Translations under genes and position numbers: made by a program
Shown here: positions 58,195-64,000 of the stretch, one piece after another
Numbering within the stretch: the first letter of the stretch is position 1
Layout: every line of letters begins with the position of its first letter
Assembly: GCA_963798795.1 (NCBI GenBank)
Contig: CAWCUZ010000001.1
Span: 886,215 to 950,214 of the forward strand
Direction: 5' to 3'
Origin: an uncultured Acidobacteriota bacterium
GTDB taxonomy: Bacteria > Acidobacteriota > Vicinamibacteria > Vicinamibacterales > SCN-69-37
DNA: 64,000 bases
The notes under the pieces: model-generated
Databases searched by the model: none
What the model was told of the DNA's origin: nothing
The model's input: the letters and a program-made list of their open reading frames with translations, nothing else

Positions 58195-61104
58195 ATGAAA
58201 CTGCCTGACGTCGAGCCAGCCCCTGCCCGGCCGGCCTACACGGCGGGACTCCCTCCGGCTTCACGCGCGACACCGGCTCCCCGACCGCTGGCCCGCGCCT
58301 TTCGCGGGGCCTCGCTCGTGGCCAGCGTGGTCGTCATGGCCGCGGCGGTCGCCGTCGTGGCCGGATGGTGGTTCGACCTGCCCCTGCTGCGAACGCTGCT
58401 TCCCGCCGCCCAGCCCGTCCGCGCCAACAGCGCGGTCGCGCTGCTTCTGTCCGGCGCTTCGCTGGTCACCTACCGGGTCGAGCGCTGGTCCGATCGACTG
58501 GACCAGCTCATGCGGCTCTTCGGGGGCGCGGCCATCCTGATCGGGGTCGTGACCCTTGCGGAAAGCCTCGCCGGCTGGGATCTGGACCTGGCTCGGCTGC
58601 TGGGACGGCCGGGCGCGGCCCGCGAGGTCGCGGCGATTGCCGCGGTGGCGACGCCGATCAGCCTGATCCTGCTCAATCTCGCGCCGTTCGTCGCCAATGC
58701 GCCGGGCCGCTACGGCGTCGCCCAGGCGCTGATCCTGGCCATGGGGCTGCTGGCCGCCATCAGCACGATCAGCTTTCTCATCGGCGTCGATTCCTTCCTC
58801 GGCATCGCCGTGTACACGTCGATGCCGTTCGGCACGTCGCTCCTCCTCCTTCTGCTGGCCGCCGCGTTTCTGATGGCCCGTCCCGACGAAGGGTTGATGA
58901 ACGTCGTCACCGGCCCGGACCCGGGCGGCGTCATCGCGCGCCAGCTGCTGCCGGCGGGCCTGCTGCTCCCGGTGCTGCTGGCGTGGCTCTCGTGGCAGGG
59001 CGAGCGGCTGGCGCTCTACGGGCCGGCCTTTGCGATGACGCTGTATGTCGTCCTGGCCATCGGCTCGGTGACCTACGTGGTCTGGTACGGCGCAGTGCTG
59101 CTGCGCCGGCTCGAAGACCAGCGGCTCGTGGCCGAAGCCCAGCGGCTGCAGAGCGAGGAGCGGCTGCGCCGGGCGGTCACGCAGGCCCCGGTGCCGATGA
59201 TCATCCACCAGGGCAACGACATCCTGTTCATGAGCCGCGGCTGGACCGACGCGTCCGGCTACACCGTGGATGACACGCCCACGCTCGCCGCCTGGACGAG
59301 CCGCGCCCAGGCCTCGTCGCAGGAGGCCGTCAAGGCGTACCTCGATTCGCTGGCCCGGATCACCGAGACCACCCGTGGCGGCGAGTCGACCATCCTGGCC
59401 AAGTCGGGTGAGAAGCGGGTCTGGGAGTTCTCCACCACGCCGCTCGGCGATCTGAGCGGCGAGCGGCGCACGCTGCTCACGCTGGCGGTCGACATCACGG
59501 AACGGAAACGCGCGGAAGCCGAGCTGCTCCAGATGAACGAGCAGCTCGAGCAGCGGATTGCCGAGCGCACGCAGGCGGTCAGCCGGGCCAACGAGGTGCT
59601 GCAGCGGCAGTCGGAGCAGCTCCGGAACCAGGCGGCCCTGCTCGACCTGGTACGCGACGGCATTCTGGTCAGGGATCTGAAGGGCAAGATCGTCTACTGG
59701 AGCGCGGGCGCGGCGGCGATGTACGGCTGGACGCGCGAGGAGGCCGTCGGCACGCAGGCCTACGCCCTGCTCAAGCCCGAGTCGCCGCGGCCGCTCGCCG
59801 ACATCGAACAGGAGGCGCTGGAGGCGGGCGTGTGGGAAGGGGAACTGACCCACCTCGCCAAGAGCGGCGCGCGGCTCTTCGTCGAGAGCCGGTGGACCGC
59901 CACGGGCGGGGCGTCGGGCAGCGCGCGCGGGTTCTTCGAAATCAACCGCGACATCACGGCGCGCAAACAGGCCGAGGCGTCGCTGCGCGAGAGCGAGCTG
60001 CGGTTCCGCGCCGTGTCCGAAACGGCCAACGAGGGCATCGTGTCGGTCGACGAGAGCGGGATCGTCCGCTACTGGAATCCCGGCGCCGCGCGCATGTTCG
60101 GCCGGACGGCGGACGAGATCGTCGGCCAGCCCGTGGCGCTCATCATGCCGGAGCGCCTCCGCGGGTCGCACAACAGCGGCCTGAAGAAATACCTGATCAC
60201 CCGCGAAGCCACGCTCATCGGCACGACCACGGAGCTCACCGGGCTGCGCAAGAACGGGTCCGAGTTCCCGATTGAGCTGTCGCTCTCGAGCTGGCAGACC
60301 ACCAAGGGGCTGCTCTTCTCGGGCATCGTGCGCGACATCACCGAGCGGCGCAACGCCGCGCGCGCCATCGAGGCCAAGACTGCCGAGCTCGAACGATCGA
60401 ACCAGGAGCTGGAACAGTTCGCCTACGTCGCGTCGCACGACCTGCAGGAGCCCCTGCGGATGGTGTCGAACTACACGCAGATGCTGGCGCGCCGCTACAA
60501 GGACAAGCTCGACGCGGACGCGAACGAGTTCATCGAGTTCGCCGTGGACGGCGCCAAGCGCATGCAGGCGCTCATCCACGACCTGCTCGAGTTCGCGCGG
60601 GTGGGCACGCGGGGCAAGGAGTTCAAGCCGGTGCCGGGCGGGCAGGTCGCCCGCGAGGCGGTCGCCAACCTGACGGGCGCGATCGAGGAGGCCGGCGCCG
60701 ACGTCGTCATCGACCCGCTGCCGACGCTGGCCTGCGACGCGACCCAGCTCGCGCAGGTGTTCCAGAACCTGATCGGCAATGCCATCAAGTTCCGGCGCCC
60801 CGACGCCCGGCCGATCATCCACGTCTCGGCGCGGCGCAGCGCGCCCGGCTGGGTGCTGTCGGTGCACGACAACGGCATCGGCATCGAGCCGCGCCATTTC
60901 GACCGGATCTTCCAGATGTTCCAGCGCCTGCACGGCCGCTCGGAGTACGCTGGCACCGGCATCGGCCTCGCGCTGTGCAAGAAGATCGTCGAGCGGCATG
61001 GCGGCCGGATCAAGGTCGAGTCCGAACCGGGCAAGGGAACCACGTTCTCCTTTACAATTCCTGACACCGGCGCAGGCCGGCACGACGAGGCCGCAGCCGA
61101 ATGA
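58195..61104 (+). CDS. Membrane sensor histidine kinase with three PAS domains (Cph1/phytochrome-like kinase core)
   Basis: About 7 TM segments, PAS-PAC ends 'DITERK', 'DITARK', 'DITERR', H-box '[14 protein letters not shown]', '[10 protein letters not shown]', 'DNGIG', 'GTGIGLA'. Start uncertain. Confidence 0.92.
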   Translation: MKLPDVEPAPARPAYTAGLPPASRATPAPRPLARAFRGASLVASVVVMAAAVAVVAGWWFDLPLLRTLLPAAQPVRANSAVALLLSGASLVTYRVERWSDRLDQLMRLFGGAAILIGVVTLAESLAGWDLDLARLLGRPGAAREVAAIAAVATPISLILLNLAPFVANAPGRYGVAQALILAMGLLAAISTISFLIGVDSFLGIAVYTSMPFGTSLLLLLLAAAFLMARPDEGLMNVVTGPDPGGVIARQLLPAGLLLPVLLAWLSWQGERLALYGPAFAMTLYVVLAIGSVTYVVWYGAVLLRRLEDQRLVAEAQRLQSEERLRRAVTQAPVPMIIHQGNDILFMSRGWTDASGYTVDDTPTLAAWTSRAQASSQEAVKAYLDSLARITETTRGGESTILAKSGEKRVWEFSTTPLGDLSGERRTLLTLAVDITERKRAEAELLQMNEQLEQRIAERTQAVSRANEVLQRQSEQLRNQAALLDLVRDGILVRDLKGKIVYWSAGAAAMYGWTREEAVGTQAYALLKPESPRPLADIEQEALEAGVWEGELTHLAKSGARLFVESRWTATGGASGSARGFFEINRDITARKQAEASLRESELRFRAVSETANEGIVSVDESGIVRYWNPGAARMFGRTADEIVGQPVALIMPERLRGSHNSGLKKYLITREATLIGTTTELTGLRKNGSEFPIELSLSSWQTTKGLLFSGIVRDITERRNAARAIEAKTAELERSNQELEQFAYVASHDLQEPLRMVSNYTQMLARRYKDKLDADANEFIEFAVDGAKRMQALIHDLLEFARVGTRGKEFKPVPGGQVAREAVANLTGAIEEAGADVVIDPLPTLACDATQLAQVFQNLIGNAIKFRRPDARPIIHVSARRSAPGWVLSVHDNGIGIEPRHFDRIFQMFQRLHGRSEYAGTGIGLALCKKIVERHGGRIKVESEPGKGTTFSFTIPDTGAGRHDEAAAE

Positions 61105-61532
61105 ACCCGATCGACATCCTGCTCGTCGAAGACAACCCCGGCGACGCGCGTCTCACCCGCGAGGCGCTCGCCTACAGCAAGATCCGCAACACGCTGCACC
61201 ACGCCCGCGACGGCGAGGAGGCGCTCGCGTTCCTGCGCCGCGAAGGCCCGTACGCGCACGTGCCGCAGCCGGACCTCATCCTGCTGGATCTCAACCTGCC
61301 CCGGCGCGACGGCCGCGAGGTGCTCGACGAGATCAAACGCGATGCCCGGCTCAAGCACATTCCCGTGGTGATCCTGACCTCGTCACAGGCCGAGGAGGAC
61401 ATCCTGCGGAGCTATCGGCTGCACGCCAACTGCTTCATCACCAAGCCCGTCGACTTCGAACAGTTCACCAAGGTCGTGAACGGCATCGAAGCGTTCTGGT
61501 TCACAATCGTGCGACTGCCCCCAGAGGTGTGA
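61101..61532 (+). CDS. Single-domain response regulator (Rcp1-like)
   Basis: '[10 protein letters not shown]', '[17 protein letters not shown]', 'LTSS.AEEDI..SY.L.ANC.ITKP', 'FW'. Confidence 0.93.
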   Translation: MNPIDILLVEDNPGDARLTREALAYSKIRNTLHHARDGEEALAFLRREGPYAHVPQPDLILLDLNLPRRDGREVLDEIKRDARLKHIPVVILTSSQAEEDILRSYRLHANCFITKPVDFEQFTKVVNGIEAFWFTIVRLPPEV

Positions 61533-61538
61533 CGATCG

Positions 61539-62429
61539 ATGGACGAGCAGGTCATCGAGGTACTTCTCGTAGAAGACAACCCGGGTGATGCCCGCCTGGT
61601 CATCGAGATGCTCCGGGAGGTCGGAGCCGGCCAGTTCCGCCTGACCCATGTCGGCACGCTCCAGGCGGCCATCGACCGGCTGAACGCCGAGGGCGTCATC
61701 ACCGACGCCGTGCTGCTGGACCTCGGCCTCCCCGACGAGAACGGCCTCGAAACCGTCCGCCGCCTGCTGCCGGCCGCCGGCGCGGCCAGCGTCGTCGTGA
61801 TGACCGGCGTCGGCGACGAACAGCTCGGGGTCGCCGCCCTGCAGGAAGGCGCGCAGGACTATCTCGTAAAAGGCACCGTCGACGGCCGGATCCTGCAGCG
61901 GTCGCTCAAATACTCGATCGAGCGCCAGGGCATGCAGACCGAGCTCCGGAGCATGTCCCACCACGACGACCTCACCGGCCTGTTCAACCGCCGCGGCTTC
62001 CTGCACGCGGCGCAGCAGCAGCTGAAGATCTCCCGGCGCCATCGCAGTCCGTTCCTGCTGCTGTTCATGGACGTCGACAACCTGAAGCAGATCAACGACT
62101 CCTACGGGCACGGCGAGGGCAACCGCGCCCTGGTCGAGACCGCCAACGTGCTCAAGCGCGCCTTCCGCCAGAACGACCTGGTCGGACGTATGGGCGGCGA
62201 CGAGTTCGCCGCGATGGGCGTCAATGCCGCCGAGGCAGGCCTGCCCTTGATGCGCGACCGTCTGCGCGCCTTTCTCGACGAAGTGAACGCCCGGCCCGAG
62301 CGGTTGTACGTCCTCGATTTCAGCCTCGGCGGGCTGGCCTGTCCGAGCGGCGGCACCACCAGCATCGAGGAACTGCTCGACCAGGCCGACTCGCTCATGT
62401 ACGAGGAAAAGCGGCAGAAGAAGGGCTGA
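61539..62429 (+). CDS. Response regulator-diguanylate cyclase (REC-GGDEF)
   Basis: REC 'LLVED', 'LLDLGLPD', 'GAQDYLVK'; cyclase 'DDLTGLFNRR', 'KQINDSYGH..G', intact 'GGDEF'. Confidence 0.93.
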   Translation: MDEQVIEVLLVEDNPGDARLVIEMLREVGAGQFRLTHVGTLQAAIDRLNAEGVITDAVLLDLGLPDENGLETVRRLLPAAGAASVVVMTGVGDEQLGVAALQEGAQDYLVKGTVDGRILQRSLKYSIERQGMQTELRSMSHHDDLTGLFNRRGFLHAAQQQLKISRRHRSPFLLLFMDVDNLKQINDSYGHGEGNRALVETANVLKRAFRQNDLVGRMGGDEFAAMGVNAAEAGLPLMRDRLRAFLDEVNARPERLYVLDFSLGGLACPSGGTTSIEELLDQADSLMYEEKRQKKG

Positions 62430-62443
62430 CGCCCCGACCCGCG

Positions 62444-64000
62444 TCAGGCGATCTGTTCGCGCTCGGCCCGCAGCCGGGCCAGGGCTTTCTTCTCGATCTG
62501 CCTGACCCGCTCCCTCGTGAGGGCCAGGCGGCGGCCGACCTCCTCGAGCGTGTGCTCGCGGTCCGTCCCGAGTCCGAACCGCAGCCGGAGCACTTCACGT
62601 TCGCGTTCGCCGAGCGGCGACATCGCCTGCTCCACGCGCGTGGCCATGTCGTGGCGCAGCGCCGCCGTCTCGGGCGAGGCCACCGTGGTGTCGGCGACGA
62701 AGCTGCCGAACGTCGTGGCGTCCTCGCTGTCGCCGACGAGCGCGTCGAGCGAGGCCGGCTGCCGCGCCGCAGCCAGCAGCAGTTCCACCTTGCCGGTGGT
62801 CACGTGCATGCGCTCGGCGATCTCCTTCGGCGACGGTTCGCGTCCAAGGTCGCGCGCCAGAGCGCCCCGTTCGCGCCGGAGCTGGTTCAGCGACTCGATG
62901 ACGTGGACCGGCAGCCGGATCGTGCGGCCGTAATCGGCCACGGCCCGCGTGACGGCCTGGCGGATCCACCAGGTCGCGTACGTCGAGAACTTGAAGCCGC
63001 GGCGGTACTGGAAGCGGTCCACAGCCTTCATCAGCCCGATGTTGCCTTCCTGGATCAGGTCGAGGAGCGCCAGGCCGCGGTTCAGGTACCGCCGCGCAAT
63101 CGACACGACCAAACGGAGGTTGGCCTCGAGCAGGTGCCGGCGCGCCTCCGCCAGCTCGAGCTCGCGCTGGCGGACGACCGCGAGACGTGGGCGGAACTCC
63201 GCCGCGGGGATGCCGACGCGCTGTTCGAAATCCCGGAGCGCTTCCTGCCGGGGAACGCCGTCGGCCAGGGCCTCGACTTCCGCCAGCCGCCGCTCCAGTT
63301 CCCGCAGCTCCGAAAGGACTTCGTCCACAAGCGACGGCCGCAGCGGCAGGGCCCCGAGCGTCGACGCCATCCGGTCCAGCGTCCGGCGGATTTGGTCGGT
63401 CCGGCGCGCCTTGAGGGCGCGCGTGGCGCCCCTGGCTCCCGACTCGGAACGCAACCGCTCGATTCGACGCTCCAGACGCCGGATTGTCGCGAACGCCTGG
63501 AGCACGGGCTCGATGTTCGACGGCCGCAGTTCGCCGCCGTCGGGCAGCAGAATGAGCTCGGCGGCCGGAGCGGCACCGCGGCGCACCAGGTCGGCCAGGC
63601 TGATCAGCGTGGCCACGGCGCCCGGAATGGCGCCCAGGGCCGTGACCAGCTCGGCGCGCCGCAATTCGATGTTGGCCGCGATCTCGCGCTCCTCGCTGGC
63701 CGTGAGCAGCCGGTGCCGCCCGATGTGCCGCAGATACAGCCGGACGAGGTCGACGTCCTCGCCCGAAACCGCCGCGGGCTCCGCAAGCGGGTCCTCGCTC
63801 TGGTCGGTTTCCTCGTCGTTCTCGGCCTCCCGCTCCACGCCCTCGCCGAGCGCTTCCGGGTCCTCTTCGGCCAGCAGCCGCCCGGGCGGCGATTCCACGC
63901 TCAGATCGACGTCCTCCCCCTCGACAGGCAGCAGACCATGCTCCTGGGCCCGCTGACGCCAGTTGAGGACATGGGCGTTGCGCTCGGGCTCGTGCCAGTC
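62444..64000 (-). CDS. RpoD/SigA-family sigma-70 factor (frame stays open to the window edge)
   Basis: Region 1.2 '[10 protein letters not shown]...LL', region 2 '[10 protein letters not shown]...[35 protein letters not shown]', region 4.2 'TRERVRQIE'. The 34 codons upstream of 63898 contain no stop. Confidence 0.92.
   Translation of the reverse strand, partial: DWHEPERNAHVLNWRQRAQEHGLLPVEGEDVDLSVESPPGRLLAEEDPEALGEGVEREAENDEETDQSEDPLAEPAAVSGEDVDLVRLYLRHIGRHRLLTASEEREIAANIELRRAELVTALGAIPGAVATLISLADLVRRGAAPAAELILLPDGGELRPSNIEPVLQAFATIRRLERRIERLRSESGARGATRALKARRTDQIRRTLDRMASTLGALPLRPSLVDEVLSELRELERRLAEVEALADGVPRQEALRDFEQRVGIPAAEFRPRLAVVRQRELELAEARRHLLEANLRLVVSIARRYLNRGLALLDLIQEGNIGLMKAVDRFQYRRGFKFSTYATWWIRQAVTRAVADYGRTIRLPVHVIESLNQLRRERGALARDLGREPSPKEIAERMHVTTGKVELLLAAARQPASLDALVGDSEDATTFGSFVADTTVASPETAALRHDMATRVEQAMSPLGEREREVLRLRFGLGTDREHTLEEVGRRLALTRERVRQIEKKALARLRAEREQIA

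Overview
High-GC bacterial chromosomal segment. The gene content (Acidobacteria-type VWA protein, VPS10/BNR hydrolases with GGRG inserts, PGN-type EF-P) suggests Acidobacteriota, probably Vicinamibacteria; this is an inference. Left third, housekeeping and envelope: yihY-like, tamB, lipidated tamA, rluB-scpB-scpA-trpS-S2P, uvrC, pgsA-like, tdk, efp, hsp20, degP, mpg-HEAT-uvrA and an RRM protein. Many of the genes at about 7-15.6 kb are broken by single-base indels that look like long-read errors. Middle: a MacAB-like ABC exporter and a roughly 24 kb carbohydrate region. That region holds two VPS10/BNR proteins, a lipoprotein mutarotase, an oxidative sugar-acid operon (SDR, U32-like TIM barrel, KGSADH-type ALDH, archaeal-type aldonate dehydratase, lactonase, ABC importer), a GalK variant, a nucleotidyltransferase and a GH27 enzyme. 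Right: an EgtUV/OpuB-like importer convergent with egtB-egtD, a PAS kinase/Rcp1-like regulator/diguanylate cyclase operon and an RpoD-family sigma factor. Best candidates for new biology: (1) a non-phosphorylative sugar-acid pathway in which a Cys-poor U32-like protein occupies the slot of the missing 2-keto-3-deoxy-aldonate enzyme; (2) a fungal Egt1-like ergothioneine sulfoxide synthase next to a probable ergothioneine importer; (3) a GGAG-headed REP family translated in frame inside egtB and galK; (4) a VWA gene with a compositionally distinct core. No tRNA, rRNA, CRISPR array, transposase or phage gene was recognised.
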